Shown here: positions 19,787 through 30,547 of the stretch, piece after piece
How the letters are laid out: each line of letters begins with the position of its first letter
How positions within the stretch are numbered: the first letter of the stretch is position 1
Assembly (NCBI GenBank): GCA_035361425.1
Contig: DAOSCP010000012.1
Coordinates: forward strand, 20,633-84,632
Source of the DNA: Ignavibacteriales bacterium
Lineage (GTDB): Bacteria > Bacteroidota > Ignavibacteria > Ignavibacteriales > DAOSCP01
DNA length: 64,000 nucleotides
Reading direction: 5' to 3'
Notes under the pieces: generated by a model
The model's database searches: none
What the model saw: only the letters and a program-made list of their open reading frames with translations
What the model was told of the DNA's origin: nothing
Program-made: the position numbers and the translations under genes

Positions 19787-20731
19787 TTACTGTATATTTA
19801 ACTTCTTTTTAAAAAACTCTATTGTAATTTTCAACCCTTCGGCTCTTCCAACTTTTGGCTCCCAACCTAAAACCTTTTTAGCTTTTGTAATATCTGGCCT
19901 TCGCACTTTAGGATCGTCTTCTGGTAATGGATGGTAAACAATTTTGCTTTTAGTATTAATATTTTTTAATACCTCTTCAGCAAATTCTTTAATAGTAATT
20001 TCATCAGGATTGCCAATATTTACAGGTTCAACTTCATCACTCAAAAGTAATCTATAGATACCATCAACTAAATCAGAAACATAACAAAAACTTCTTGTTT
20101 GAGAACCATCTCCAAAAACTGTAAGGTCTTCGCCTCTAAGGGCTTGCCCAACAAAGGCAGGTAAAACACGTCCGTCATCCAATCTCATTCTTGGGCCATA
20201 TGTATTAAATATTCTCACTATACGAGTTTCAACACCATGGTAACGATGATAAGCCATTGTCATAGCTTCGGCAAATCTTTTTGCTTCATCATAAACTCCT
20301 CTGGGACCTATAGGATTAACATTTCCCCAGTAATCTTCTGTTTGCGGATGAACAATAGGATCGCCATATACTTCGGAGGTTGAAGCCAATAAAAATCTAG
20401 CCTTCTTTTCTTTTGCTAAGCCTAAGGCCTTATGTGTACCTAAAGAACCAACTTTTAAAGTTTGAATTGGTAATTTTAAATAGTCAATTGGTGAGGCAGG
20501 TGAGGCAAAGTGTAAAATGTAATCTACTTGCCCCGGTACATGAATGTAATTTGTAACATCATGTTTTATAAAAGTAAAATCAGGATTTCCAAAAAGATGT
20601 TCGATATTTTCAATATTTCCTGTTAGCAAGTTATCAATAGCTATTACTTTCATCCCTTCTGCTAACAATTTATCACAAAGGTGAGAACCAAGAAAACCAG
20701 CTCCACCTGTTATAACAGCAACTTTTTTCAT
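19787..20731 (-). CDS. uxs: UDP-glucuronate decarboxylase (UDP-xylose synthase), extended SDR.
   Basis: 314 aa. [11 protein letters not shown], the STSEVYGDP...YDEAKR catalytic region, and close sequence character to UXS enzymes. Confidence 0.85.
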   Translation of the reverse strand: MKKVAVITGGAGFLGSHLCDKLLAEGMKVIAIDNLLTGNIENIEHLFGNPDFTFIKHDVTNYIHVPGQVDYILHFASPASPIDYLKLPIQTLKVGSLGTHKALGLAKEKKARFLLASTSEVYGDPIVHPQTEDYWGNVNPIGPRGVYDEAKRFAEAMTMAYHRYHGVETRIVRIFNTYGPRMRLDDGRVLPAFVGQALRGEDLTVFGDGSQTRSFCYVSDLVDGIYRLLLSDEVEPVNIGNPDEITIKEFAEEVLKNINTKSKIVYHPLPEDDPKVRRPDITKAKKVLGWEPKVGRAEGLKITIEFFKKKLNIQ

Positions 20732-22071
20732 TATTTTTCTCCCTTTTGCAATACTGGAATTCTACCTATACTAAAGTAGTCAAAACCTAATTCTTTCATT
20801 TGAGACATTTCATAAACATTTCTACCATCAAAAATTACTTTATTCTTCAATTTTTTTATAATTACATCAAAATCTGGGTTTCTAAATTCATTCCATTCGG
20901 TTAATATAAGGAGTGCATCTTTATTATCGAGTGCAGAATACATATCGTCCGTATAGTTAATTTGTTCTTTTATATAAAATTTAGCCTGCTCCATTGCAGC
21001 AGGGTCATATGCTGTAATATTAGCACCAAGTTCTACTAATTTTTTAATAATATAAATTGATGGTGCTTCTCTCATATCATCTGTATTCGGTTTGAATGAA
21101 AGTCCCCAAATTGCAAAATGTTTGTTTTTTATATCATTGTTGAAATACTTTAAGATTTTTTCTACTAAAACTAATTTTTGTTTATTGTTAACTTCATCTA
21201 CAACACTTAAAATATTTAAATTAGCACCATTTTCTTGTGCAGATTTAATCAATGCTCTTACATCTTTTGGGAAACAAGAACCACCATAACCAATACCAGG
21301 GAATAAAAATCTTTTTCCTATTCTTTGATCTGCCCCCATTCCTTTTCTAACCATATCTACATTGGCGCCAACTTTTTCGCAATAATTAGCAAGTTCATTC
21401 ATAAAAGTAATTCTCATTGCAAGGTAGGAATTTGCCGCATATTTAGTAACTTCTGCACTTTTAGTATCCATTTCAAATATAGGATTACCTTGTCTGACAA
21501 ACGGCTCATACAATGATTTCATAATCTCTAAAGATTTTTTATTCTCTGAGCCGATTACAACTCTATCAGGTTTCATAAAATCTTCAACTGCAAAACCTTC
21601 TTTCAAAAACTCTGGATTTGATACAACATCAAAATTACTTACATTATGTTTTGCAATAGCATCTTTTACTTTTTGTGCTGATCCAACAGGTACAGTACTT
21701 TTATTAACTATGATTTTAAAATCTTTATCCTGATTTTCTGCTAAAATTTTTCCTATATCATCAGCAACACCCAACACATATTTTAAATCTGCAGAACCAT
21801 CTTCGCCCTGGGGGGTTGGTAAACAAAGGAAAATAATATCAGAATTCAAAACTGCATACTTTAAATCATTAGTAAATGTAAGCCTTTTTTTAGCAATATT
21901 CCTATAAAATAATATATCCAATCCTGGCTCATAAATTGTTAATTCGGCATTTTGTAATTTTTCCAACTTTTCGGGATTATTATCAACACAAATAACATTG
22001 TTGCCCATTTCTGCAAAACAGGTACCGCTAACAAGACCAACGTAACCTGTTCCAATTACTGCTAGTTTCAT
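20731..22071 (-). CDS. ugd: UDP-glucose 6-dehydrogenase.
   Basis: 446 aa. [20 protein letters not shown] (catalytic Cys) and the UDPG_MGDP_dh C-terminal domain. Confidence 0.9.
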   Translation of the reverse strand: MKLAVIGTGYVGLVSGTCFAEMGNNVICVDNNPEKLEKLQNAELTIYEPGLDILFYRNIAKKRLTFTNDLKYAVLNSDIIFLCLPTPQGEDGSADLKYVLGVADDIGKILAENQDKDFKIIVNKSTVPVGSAQKVKDAIAKHNVSNFDVVSNPEFLKEGFAVEDFMKPDRVVIGSENKKSLEIMKSLYEPFVRQGNPIFEMDTKSAEVTKYAANSYLAMRITFMNELANYCEKVGANVDMVRKGMGADQRIGKRFLFPGIGYGGSCFPKDVRALIKSAQENGANLNILSVVDEVNNKQKLVLVEKILKYFNNDIKNKHFAIWGLSFKPNTDDMREAPSIYIIKKLVELGANITAYDPAAMEQAKFYIKEQINYTDDMYSALDNKDALLILTEWNEFRNPDFDVIIKKLKNKVIFDGRNVYEMSQMKELGFDYFSIGRIPVLQKGEK

Positions 22072-22086
22072 TTTTTCTCCTATTTA

Positions 22087-23469
22087 TTATATATGTATTG
22101 CTTCATTATAAGCGTTTGCAACTGCTTCCATAATCATTTCACTTAATGTTGGATGCGAATGAATTGTATGTAAAATTTCTTTATAAGTCAACTCATTAGA
22201 TTTTGCAAGAGTAAATTCCGCAATTAGTTCTGTTGCTTCTGGTCCCACAATTGTAGCACCTAAAAGTTCTCCATATTTAGCATCATAAATACATTTAACA
22301 AAGCCTTCTCTTTCACCTAAAGCCGTAGCTTTTCCTGAAGCAGAATAAGGGAATTTACCAACTTTAATTTCTATACCTTTTGCTTTTGCTTCTTTTTCAG
22401 TAATTCCAACCCTTGCAATTTGTGGATGAGTATAAACACATCCAGGAATAACATCATAATTAATTGCAGGACGTTCTATCTTTTTAATTTTTTCAATACA
22501 AGCTATAGCCTCTGCCGATGCAACATGCGCAAGCCAGGGTGCCCCTATAACATCTCCAATAGCATAAATATTATCAACATTAGTTTGATAATTATCTTTA
22601 TTTACAATAATTGCTCCTTTAATTGTTTTAATTCCAACATTTTCCAATCCTATATTTTCAATATTACCAGTAACTCCAATAGCATTTAACACTTTTTGTG
22701 CTTTAATTGATTGACCATTATTCAAATAAACTGTAACATCATCTCCTATAACTTCTGCTTTTTCTACTCCAACTGATGTAATGATTTCTACACCCAGAGA
22801 TTTTAATTTTTTTGCAAGCAATGCTGCTGCTTCTTCATCTTCCTGAGGTAAAATATGGTCTAATAATTCCACAATCGTAACTTTTGTTCCAAGTGATGCA
22901 TAAAAATAAGCAAACTCAACACCTATAGCACCTGCACCTATTATTATCATACTTTCTGGTTGACTTTTTAAAGTCATTGCTTCCTTTGATGTTATAATTT
23001 TTTCTCCATCTACAGGAATTGTAGAAAAAGTCCTAGGTCTTGCTCCTGTTGATATAATAAGTTTTTCAAAATTAACTAAACTTTTTTCACCATTATTTAC
23101 AACTTCTAGTTGATTTTTGGAAATAATTTTACCGTATCCCTTAATAACCTGTACTTTGTTTTTCTTCATCAAAAACTCAACACCTTTTGTAATTGTAGTT
23201 GATACTACTCTGCTTCTTTGAATAATTTTTTCAAAATCATATTTATAACTTTCAATTGTTATACCAAATTTATTTGCACTTTTTATATTTTCCAAAACCT
23301 CAACACTTTTTAATAATGCTTTCGTTGGAATACATCCCCAATTAAGACAAACTCCACCTAAATTTTCCTTTTCAACCAATGCTGTTTTAAATCCAAGTTG
23401 TGCTGCTCTTATTGCAGCAACATACCCTCCTGGACCAGCGCCAAGAACTACAATATCAAAAGTTTCCAT
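22087..23469 (-). CDS. lpdA: Dihydrolipoyl dehydrogenase (E3).
   Basis: 460 aa. GAGPGGYVAA, the redox-active disulfide GGVCLNWGCIPTK, and the C-terminal HSHPTLSE motif. Confidence 0.9.
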   Translation of the reverse strand: METFDIVVLGAGPGGYVAAIRAAQLGFKTALVEKENLGGVCLNWGCIPTKALLKSVEVLENIKSANKFGITIESYKYDFEKIIQRSRVVSTTITKGVEFLMKKNKVQVIKGYGKIISKNQLEVVNNGEKSLVNFEKLIISTGARPRTFSTIPVDGEKIITSKEAMTLKSQPESMIIIGAGAIGVEFAYFYASLGTKVTIVELLDHILPQEDEEAAALLAKKLKSLGVEIITSVGVEKAEVIGDDVTVYLNNGQSIKAQKVLNAIGVTGNIENIGLENVGIKTIKGAIIVNKDNYQTNVDNIYAIGDVIGAPWLAHVASAEAIACIEKIKKIERPAINYDVIPGCVYTHPQIARVGITEKEAKAKGIEIKVGKFPYSASGKATALGEREGFVKCIYDAKYGELLGATIVGPEATELIAEFTLAKSNELTYKEILHTIHSHPTLSEMIMEAVANAYNEAIHI

Positions 23470-23476
23470 TTTAACC

Positions 23477-24853
23477 TCATCTTAATTTAAAACTTATTTT
23501 GTATTTATTGTGTATAAAATTTAATATCTTTTCATCAACAAGAAAATCCTTGCCTTTTAAGGGACGGGAAAATTTAATATCATTTATACTTCTGCATCTA
23601 CTCAATGCAACATAAGTTTGACCGTGCGCAAAACTACCTTTTCCAAAATCAATTGTTACTATATCAAATGTTTTCCCTTGACTTTTGTGGATAGTAATTG
23701 CCCAAGCTAATTTTATCGGAAATTGCGAATATGTTCCCCTTATATTTTGTACTATCTTTCCGTTGCTATCTACATCATAAGTAATATATTCCCATTTGTA
23801 TCTTTCAATTTCATAATTTTTCCCACTAATTTCTACAATTATTTTATCTGGAGCAATACTTCTTACTCTTCCAACACTTCCATTCACAAAATCTCCACCT
23901 GGTGAATTAATTTGCATCATAACCAAAGCGTCTTCTTTTAATTGCAAATCTTTTTCAACCGGCAAAGCATCTGTAGGAAAATGTTCTTTAATGATACCTT
24001 GTAAATTGTATAATGGACCAGGGAGCAAACTCAGCTTCTTTTTATTTAAATTATTTACAACTACATTATAGTTAGCAAGATAAATTCCCCATTCATTAAT
24101 ATTTTTTTTTTGCTCATAACAATGATAATTTAAATATTCAACATCATCTTCTATAATTTCACCAACACGAATATTTTGCAAAATTTTAATAAACTTTTCG
24201 TCTGATTGACGAAAAATTGACCGTAATTCAATTGTAACAAGATCAATACTACTAAAAACATCTGCATCAAAAAAATATGGGGATTCATATTTTTTCAAAA
24301 ACAATGGACTTTCTTCGGAACTTACTACAGGTGGCAATTGCATTAAATCACCGATAAAAATAACTTTAATGCCCCCAAAAGGAATGTTAACTCTTTTATA
24401 AAAACGAAGTATTCTATCAATCAAATCCAAAAGATCTGCTCTTACCATTGAAATTTCATCAATAACCAAGAATTCCAATTTATCTACAATTTTTTTCGTA
24501 TATTCATTAACAAAAATCTGTTCATCATCGATATATAGCCCTGGTTTTATTCTAAAAAATGAATGTATTGTTTGTCCATTTATATTTAAAGCACTGATAC
24601 CTGTGGGAGATAAAAATACAGAATTGTATCCTTTTATTTTTAAGTATCTTCTGATAATTTCTAAAAGTGTAGATTTACCAGTTCCGGCACTCCCAGTGAT
24701 AAATATAACATCGCTTTCTTGTTTTTTTTCAATTATTAACTTTAATATATTTTTATACTCATCAGTTACAATTAAATCTTTTGGTAATTTTAGTAAAGAA
24801 TGGAGGTTATCCAAAGCTTCATTTTGCAGATTATCTATAGAATTTATCGTCAT
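23477..24853 (-). CDS. Pif1/RecD-like SF1B DNA helicase.
   Basis: 458 aa. Walker A GSAGTGKST, LVIDEISMV, GDLMQLPPV, and the C-terminal ITIHKSQGKTFD...YVALSRC. Confidence 0.8.
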   Translation of the reverse strand: MTINSIDNLQNEALDNLHSLLKLPKDLIVTDEYKNILKLIIEKKQESDVIFITGSAGTGKSTLLEIIRRYLKIKGYNSVFLSPTGISALNINGQTIHSFFRIKPGLYIDDEQIFVNEYTKKIVDKLEFLVIDEISMVRADLLDLIDRILRFYKRVNIPFGGIKVIFIGDLMQLPPVVSSEESPLFLKKYESPYFFDADVFSSIDLVTIELRSIFRQSDEKFIKILQNIRVGEIIEDDVEYLNYHCYEQKKNINEWGIYLANYNVVVNNLNKKKLSLLPGPLYNLQGIIKEHFPTDALPVEKDLQLKEDALVMMQINSPGGDFVNGSVGRVRSIAPDKIIVEISGKNYEIERYKWEYITYDVDSNGKIVQNIRGTYSQFPIKLAWAITIHKSQGKTFDIVTIDFGKGSFAHGQTYVALSRCRSINDIKFSRPLKGKDFLVDEKILNFIHNKYKISFKLR

Positions 24854-24862
24854 AGCAAACTT

Positions 24863-25366
24863 TCATATAATTTTTTTTAATTCTTTCCAATATTTTATAT
24901 CCCAAAACTTGAAAGCGAGTGGACTAGTAGAAGGCAAGACAAAAACCTTTGCTCCAAACATTTCTTCTAATTGTAATCCGTAATCACAATTTTTCCCATA
25001 ATAAAACTTATATGCATTTTTACTCGTAAAAGCAATAACTTTAGGTTTATAATTTTTTATTTTTGCTTCAAATTCTTTTATATCATTCTCAGAAACTTTC
25101 AATTCATTATCATTTCCTGCTTGCCTTTTTATAATATCTGTCAGACCAATTCTATATGTTAAGAGTTCTTGATATTTTTCGGGCATAATTAATTTATCTA
25201 CTAATTTAATTTCAAAAAGTGTAGACCAAAATCTATTATTTTTATTACCATAATAACAAATTTTTTTGGCAGATATCCTGCTTGGCGCCGTTCCAACAAA
25301 CACTAAAATTAAATTTTTATCTAAAAGATCTGGGACGATATAACTTTCAAAATTAGATTTATCCAT
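24863..25366 (-). CDS. Uracil-DNA glycosylase superfamily protein (MUG / DNA-deoxyinosine glycosylase-like).
   Basis: 167 aa. ..LILVFVGTAPSRISAKKICYYGNKNNRFW.. resembles motif A plus the NRFW segment of family 2 / hypoxanthine-DNA-glycosylase-type UDGs. It lies 9 nt upstream of the helicase. Confidence 0.55.
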   Translation of the reverse strand: MDKSNFESYIVPDLLDKNLILVFVGTAPSRISAKKICYYGNKNNRFWSTLFEIKLVDKLIMPEKYQELLTYRIGLTDIIKRQAGNDNELKVSENDIKEFEAKIKNYKPKVIAFTSKNAYKFYYGKNCDYGLQLEEMFGAKVFVLPSTSPLAFKFWDIKYWKELKKII

Positions 25367-25621
25367 TAGATAAAAATAAATAATAAAAAAATAATATCAA
25401 AATTTTATTATAACTCAACTAGTTATCTTAAAATATCAAAGATTTATAATAAAATAACTCTTTATTTATTACACAATAAATTGTTTAATTTTATAAATTT
25501 TTATAATTATAATTCTTCAAATATCAACGCTTATTAAAAAATCCTTTTGCAATAATTATTTGTTATATTTAAATAGTAAAAATTACTTTGCTTTTTTTTA
25601 TAATATTATTAATTTATAGTT

Positions 25622-26266
25622 ATGAAAGACAAATTTTTTAGATATGTAATCGAAAAAAATAATGTTTCCAAAGAATATTATATTGAATTTATTAACGATA
25701 ATGATATTGCAGTACCTCTAACAAAAGAGGACTACTCGTGGGCTAAAGCAAATTCTATAAACTGTTCTGCTTGCTTAAATGAAGATGTAAATGAATATTG
25801 TAACCTTGCACTTAATATTTCTTATTTTATAGATTTCTTTTCCGAATTTAATTCTTTTGATAATGTTATTGTAACAGTTCAAACAGATTCTTATACACTA
25901 ACGAAAGCAACTACAATACAACAAACTGCATTAAGCATACTTAATCTTATTATACCATTTTCAGGCTGCCCTTTATTTATTCCAATGAAAGAAATAGCAA
26001 AAAATCATATTCCTTTTGAATCTGTAGAAAATATACTAATCCGTTTAATTGGGAACCAAGCTTTTCAAATATATAGAAAAGATAAAAATCTTAAAAATTT
26101 TAATATAACAGATTGTATAACTAAACTTGAATCAATGAGAGAACCAATAAAAAATATTAGCAATGTAGTAAGGAATATTACCCCAAATGATGCTGTTATA
26201 AATTCTTTGATATTGCTTGATACCTATATTTTTATAATGTCAGATATACTTGAAAGTGGAGAATAA
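25622..26266 (+). CDS. Hypothetical protein (no family recognised).
   Basis: 214-aa ORF flanked by AT-rich spacers of 255 bp and 146 bp. No transmembrane segment or signal peptide is obvious. Confidence 0.5.
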   Translation: MKDKFFRYVIEKNNVSKEYYIEFINDNDIAVPLTKEDYSWAKANSINCSACLNEDVNEYCNLALNISYFIDFFSEFNSFDNVIVTVQTDSYTLTKATTIQQTALSILNLIIPFSGCPLFIPMKEIAKNHIPFESVENILIRLIGNQAFQIYRKDKNLKNFNITDCITKLESMREPIKNISNVVRNITPNDAVINSLILLDTYIFIMSDILESGE

Positions 26267-26412
26267 TTACAAAAACTCATAATATTAATTAAATATTACG
26301 ATAACTTTAATTTATAATTAATTTACAAATATTTTACAGTTATTTTAAAATTTCTTTTTTTAGTTAGTAATATTTTTCTTATATTTGACTGCTTATTTTT
26401 CCATTCTAATAT

Positions 26413-27513
26413 ATGATTATAAAAGATGTAATTAAACATATTGAGGCAATAGCACCTATCTCATCAGCTTTAAAATTTGATAACCCAGGTTTGCAGATAG
26501 GAAGTTTTGAAGAACAGGTCCACGGCATTTATTTATGTTTGGATCTGACGCAAAACACACTAAACGAAGCCCTCAATCTTAAAACAAATCTAATAATAAC
26601 ACATCACCCTCTAATTTATGAACCAATTAAAACATTAAACTTTAGAAACAAAGAAGCCCAGCTTATAAAAGATATAATTAATAATAATTTAAATATTTAT
26701 TCTGCACATACTAATTTAGATGCCTCAAAAAAAGGTATTAATATAGCAGCTGCTGAATTATTAGGATTAAAAAATGTTACATTTCTCAAACAATTGCCTG
26801 ATTCTTTGATTAAAATTTCCGTTTTCACACCAAGTGACTATGTTGAAAAAGTATCTGAAGCTATGTTTAAACAAGGAGCTGGAATTATTGGAGATTATAA
26901 AAAATGTAGCTATAGAGTTAGTGGAACTGGAACATTTGAACCCGAAGAATTTACTAATCCATTTATCGGAAATAAAAAATCTTTCAATGAAGTTCCTGAA
27001 GAAAAAATTGAAGTTATTGCTAACAAATGGAATTTAAATAACATCTTAAAAGCAATATATAATTCACATCCTTATGAAGAACCTGCAATTGATATTTTCC
27101 CTCTTCTTAACGATGATAAAAACTATGGATTTGGTATAGTTGGTGAACTCACTAAAGAATTAACTTTTGAAGAGTTTTCTAAACTTTTAAAAGAAAAACT
27201 CAATCTCAAAAATTTTAAATATACAAAAGGTAAATCTAATATAATTAAAAAAGTTGCTTATTGTGGTGGGAGTGGAGCAGATTTATTAACTGCTGCAATT
27301 GCTAATAACTGTGATGTTTTTGTAACTGCTGATATTAAATATCATACTTATCACAATGCGCAAAATAATATTTACTTAATAGACGCTGGTCATTACGAAA
27401 CAGAATATCCAGGTATTATTTACCTTTATAACTATCTTAAAAATATTATAAATAATGTTGAAATACATCTTTCAAGTATTTCAACTAATCCGATAGAGTA
27501 TTATCAAATATAG
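26413..27513 (+). CDS. Nif3-like dinuclear metal centre protein (YqfO/YbgI family).
   Basis: 366 aa. ..LIITHHPLIY.., ..YSAHTNLD.., and a C-terminal ..DAGHYETE.. with an inserted PII-like domain. Confidence 0.85.
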   Translation: MIIKDVIKHIEAIAPISSALKFDNPGLQIGSFEEQVHGIYLCLDLTQNTLNEALNLKTNLIITHHPLIYEPIKTLNFRNKEAQLIKDIINNNLNIYSAHTNLDASKKGINIAAAELLGLKNVTFLKQLPDSLIKISVFTPSDYVEKVSEAMFKQGAGIIGDYKKCSYRVSGTGTFEPEEFTNPFIGNKKSFNEVPEEKIEVIANKWNLNNILKAIYNSHPYEEPAIDIFPLLNDDKNYGFGIVGELTKELTFEEFSKLLKEKLNLKNFKYTKGKSNIIKKVAYCGGSGADLLTAAIANNCDVFVTADIKYHTYHNAQNNIYLIDAGHYETEYPGIIYLYNYLKNIINNVEIHLSSISTNPIEYYQI

Positions 27514-27524
27514 GAGATATAAAA

Positions 27525-28265
27525 TTGATTACACGATTAAAAAATTTGTATCATCTTCAACTTATCGATAACGAACTTGATAAGTTAGAAGAATTCAGAG
27601 GAGACCTTCCACAAAAAATCAATGAATTAGAAGCTGAAGTAAACTCCTTAAAATATCAAATCGAAGAAAAAAAATTACTCAAAGAAAGATCAAAAAAGAA
27701 GATTAATGATAATGAAAATGAAATTGAAGAATTAAAAGAAAACCAAAAAAAATACAAATCACAACTAACAACTGTTAGAACAAATCGCGAATATGATGCA
27801 TTAACTAAACAAATTGACGCTGCCGAAGATAAAATTACTGCTCTTACAAATGAAATTTCAACTCTCGAAAATACAATCGAAACCTTAAAATCCGAAATTG
27901 CTGAACTTACCAAAGAATTCGAAAACAAACAAGCTGAAATTTCTGAAGCGCAAGCAAACTTAAACAATATAGTTGAAGAATATTCTAAAGAAGAAGCTAG
28001 ATTACTAAAACTTAGAGAAGAAGTCCTTAAATCTGTTCATAAAGGTGATTTAAGTTTATATTCTCGTATTCGTAAATCTAAAGGCGGTTTAGCTATCTCT
28101 ACAGTAGTTGGTGGTGCTTGTTCTGGTTGCTATAATAAAATTCCTTCCCAAAAGCTTACAGAAATAAGAATTAACAATAGAAGAATGTTTACATGTGAAC
28201 AATGTGGAAGAATTATTGTGTCCGCTGATTTAGCTGATGAAGTAAAATCAAATGTTAAATTATAA
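27525..28265 (+). CDS. Coiled-coil / C4 zinc-ribbon protein (COG1579, DUF164-type), the usual neighbour of Nif3.
   Basis: 246 aa. TTG start 7 nt after AGGAG, a long coiled coil, and the C-terminal CSGC...CEQCGRI zinc ribbon. Confidence 0.75.
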   Translation: MITRLKNLYHLQLIDNELDKLEEFRGDLPQKINELEAEVNSLKYQIEEKKLLKERSKKKINDNENEIEELKENQKKYKSQLTTVRTNREYDALTKQIDAAEDKITALTNEISTLENTIETLKSEIAELTKEFENKQAEISEAQANLNNIVEEYSKEEARLLKLREEVLKSVHKGDLSLYSRIRKSKGGLAISTVVGGACSGCYNKIPSQKLTEIRINNRRMFTCEQCGRIIVSADLADEVKSNVKL

Positions 28266-28290
28266 AATATTATTTTATTCTAATTTATTT

Positions 28291-28317
28291 GCCTCCTGAT
28301 TTTAGGGAGGCTTTTTT
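28291..28317 (+). terminator. Rho-independent terminator after the zinc-ribbon gene.
   Basis: The stem GCCTCC pairs with GGAGGC around an 8-9-nt loop, followed by a T6 run. It lies inside the N-terminal extension of tracked ORF 28289. Confidence 0.7.
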
Positions 28318-28369
28318 GATTAATAAATATTTTTTAAGTATATTGTTATTAATTATTTTTCTTTTCGAT

Positions 28370-30544
28370 ATGAATGATATTTTATTTACGAATATTCAAT
28401 ATTTACAAGGGGTTGGACCTAAAAGGTCAAAAATTTTCAACTCTGTTGGAATTTTTACTATATTTGATTTGATTAATTTTCTTCCAATTAGGTATCTGGA
28501 TCGCTCTATAATTGTTAATACCAAAACAATTATCCAAACATCTATTTCAAATAGTGACCAACCAACTATAATTGGTAAATTAATTTACAAGGAAATTAAA
28601 AATATTTCCAATAACCGTCAACTTCTTAAATGCCAATTCAAAGATGAATTTGGAAATTTTACAGTTTTATTTTTTAATGGTATTAAATATTTTAGTAGAA
28701 TTTTAGTTGAAAATAACTACTATATAATTTCCGGCAAACCAACATTTAGTTTTGATGATATTGAATTTGTTCATCCAGAAATTGAAGAATATACAGCAGG
28801 AGAAATGAATAGTTTAAATACAGGTAAAATAATTCCCATTTTTAGTCAACCTGAAATTTTTAAAAAATCCTATATAAATCAAGCATATTTAAGAAAAATT
28901 ATTTTAAACGCAATACATAAATATAAGCATTATTTAATTGATTTTTTACCCAAAGAAATTAAAAATAATTTCCATTTTGTAGATTTAGCTACTGCCTACG
29001 AAAATATTCATTACCCCACTGATTTTAAATTATTAGAAGCCGCCAAGAAAAGATTAAAATTTAATGAAATTTTCTTTTTTCTGTTATTAATGAAAATTAA
29101 AAAGAATTATTATCATTCTTTGCTTACTCATCAAATTATATTAAACGAAAAATTAGTCGAAGAATTTCTTTCAAAATTACCATTTAAACTTACAACAGGT
29201 CAATTATCCGCCTTAGATGATATTAAAAAGGATTTAACTTCCAACAAGTCAATGAATAGACTCTTACAGGGTGATGTTGGTAGTGGTAAAACTTTAGTTT
29301 CACTTATCGCTATACTTTATACAATAAATGAGCATAATCAGGCTGCATTTTTAGTCCCAACAGAAATTTTAGCAAACCAACATTATAAAAAAATTACCCA
29401 ATTTTTGCAAGATTTTAATATTAGAATAGAATTATTAATAGGTAGCACACCCAAAAAGAAAAAACTAAAAATTTTAGAAGAACTAAAAAACGGCGAAATC
29501 CAAATATTAATTGGAACTCATGCACTTCTTGAAGAAAATGTTGAATTTAATCATTTAGCTATTTGTATTATTGATGAACAACATAGATTTGGTGTTGAAC
29601 AACGTGCTAAACTTATTCAAAAAGGTAAAAATCCACATACTTTATTTATGTCAGCAACCCCTATACCAAGGACTTTGGCAATGACAATTTATAGCGATCT
29701 CGATTTATCTATTATACAAACCATGCCTGCCAATAGAAAACCGATTAAAACTTATCTTAGGTCACATGATAACTTAGATAAAATTTATAGTTTTGCATCT
29801 GATAAAATTCAAAATGATAATTATCAAGTTTATATTGTAGCTCCACTGGTAGAAGAATCGGACAAATTGGAATTAAAATCTGCAAATTTATTACATCAAG
29901 AACTACAACAAACTATATTAAATAAATTCAGAATTGGTTTGATACACGGAAAAATGAAGTGGTATGAAAAAGACGAAATAATGCAAAAATTTGCTAATAA
30001 AGAATTAGATATATTAGTATCAACAACAGTAATCGAAGTTGGTATTGATGTCCCTGATGCAAATATTATAATTATAATGGATGCGCACCGTTTTGGACTT
30101 TCTCAATTACACCAACTACGTGGGCGTGTTGGAAGATCTGACAAAGAAGCTTATTGCGTTCTTGTAACAACAAATGATATTTATTCCAAAGCAAATATCA
30201 CAAATTCAACAAATTATATTATCGATCCACAAAATTTTAACTTTTCTCAAGATGAAATAACAGTTAAAAGACTTGAAGCGATGGTTAGCACAACTAATGG
30301 TTTCTTGCTTTCAGAATTGGATTTAAAAATGCGCGGTCCTGGTAATTTGCTTGGCACTCAACAAACTGGTTTACCAGAATTTAAATTATTCGATTTATCC
30401 AATGATTCATATCTAATTAACACTGCTAATCAAATTATTCAAATTATGCTCGAAAATTCACCTAATCTAGAAAAATATCCTTTGGTTAAAAAAATTTTAT
30501 TTAGTAACTTTAAAGATGAAATGAAATATCTTTCTATAGGTTAA
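28370..30544 (+). CDS. recG: ATP-dependent DNA helicase RecG.
   Basis: Start moved to the in-frame ATG at 28370 (MNDILFTNIQYLQGVGPKR..) because the upstream part contains the terminator. Wedge domain, GDVGSGKT, DEQHRFGV and QLRGRVGR motifs are present. Confidence 0.9.
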   Translation: MNDILFTNIQYLQGVGPKRSKIFNSVGIFTIFDLINFLPIRYLDRSIIVNTKTIIQTSISNSDQPTIIGKLIYKEIKNISNNRQLLKCQFKDEFGNFTVLFFNGIKYFSRILVENNYYIISGKPTFSFDDIEFVHPEIEEYTAGEMNSLNTGKIIPIFSQPEIFKKSYINQAYLRKIILNAIHKYKHYLIDFLPKEIKNNFHFVDLATAYENIHYPTDFKLLEAAKKRLKFNEIFFFLLLMKIKKNYYHSLLTHQIILNEKLVEEFLSKLPFKLTTGQLSALDDIKKDLTSNKSMNRLLQGDVGSGKTLVSLIAILYTINEHNQAAFLVPTEILANQHYKKITQFLQDFNIRIELLIGSTPKKKKLKILEELKNGEIQILIGTHALLEENVEFNHLAICIIDEQHRFGVEQRAKLIQKGKNPHTLFMSATPIPRTLAMTIYSDLDLSIIQTMPANRKPIKTYLRSHDNLDKIYSFASDKIQNDNYQVYIVAPLVEESDKLELKSANLLHQELQQTILNKFRIGLIHGKMKWYEKDEIMQKFANKELDILVSTTVIEVGIDVPDANIIIIMDAHRFGLSQLHQLRGRVGRSDKEAYCVLVTTNDIYSKANITNSTNYIIDPQNFNFSQDEITVKRLEAMVSTTNGFLLSELDLKMRGPGNLLGTQQTGLPEFKLFDLSNDSYLINTANQIIQIMLENSPNLEKYPLVKKILFSNFKDEMKYLSIG

Positions 30545-30547
30545 TAA

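Noticed and set aside
24603-24983. 126-aa plus-strand ORF across the helicase/UDG gene junction.
   Set aside because: It is antisense to two well-supported minus-strand genes. Its low-complexity hydrophobic translation is typical of the reverse frame of AT-rich coding DNA.
28289-28369. 27-codon N-terminal extension of recG as given in the ORF track.
   Set aside because: The extension begins at a non-ATG codon and contains the GCCTCC/GGAGGC+T6 terminator of the preceding gene. The RecG-like sequence starts at the ATG at 28370.
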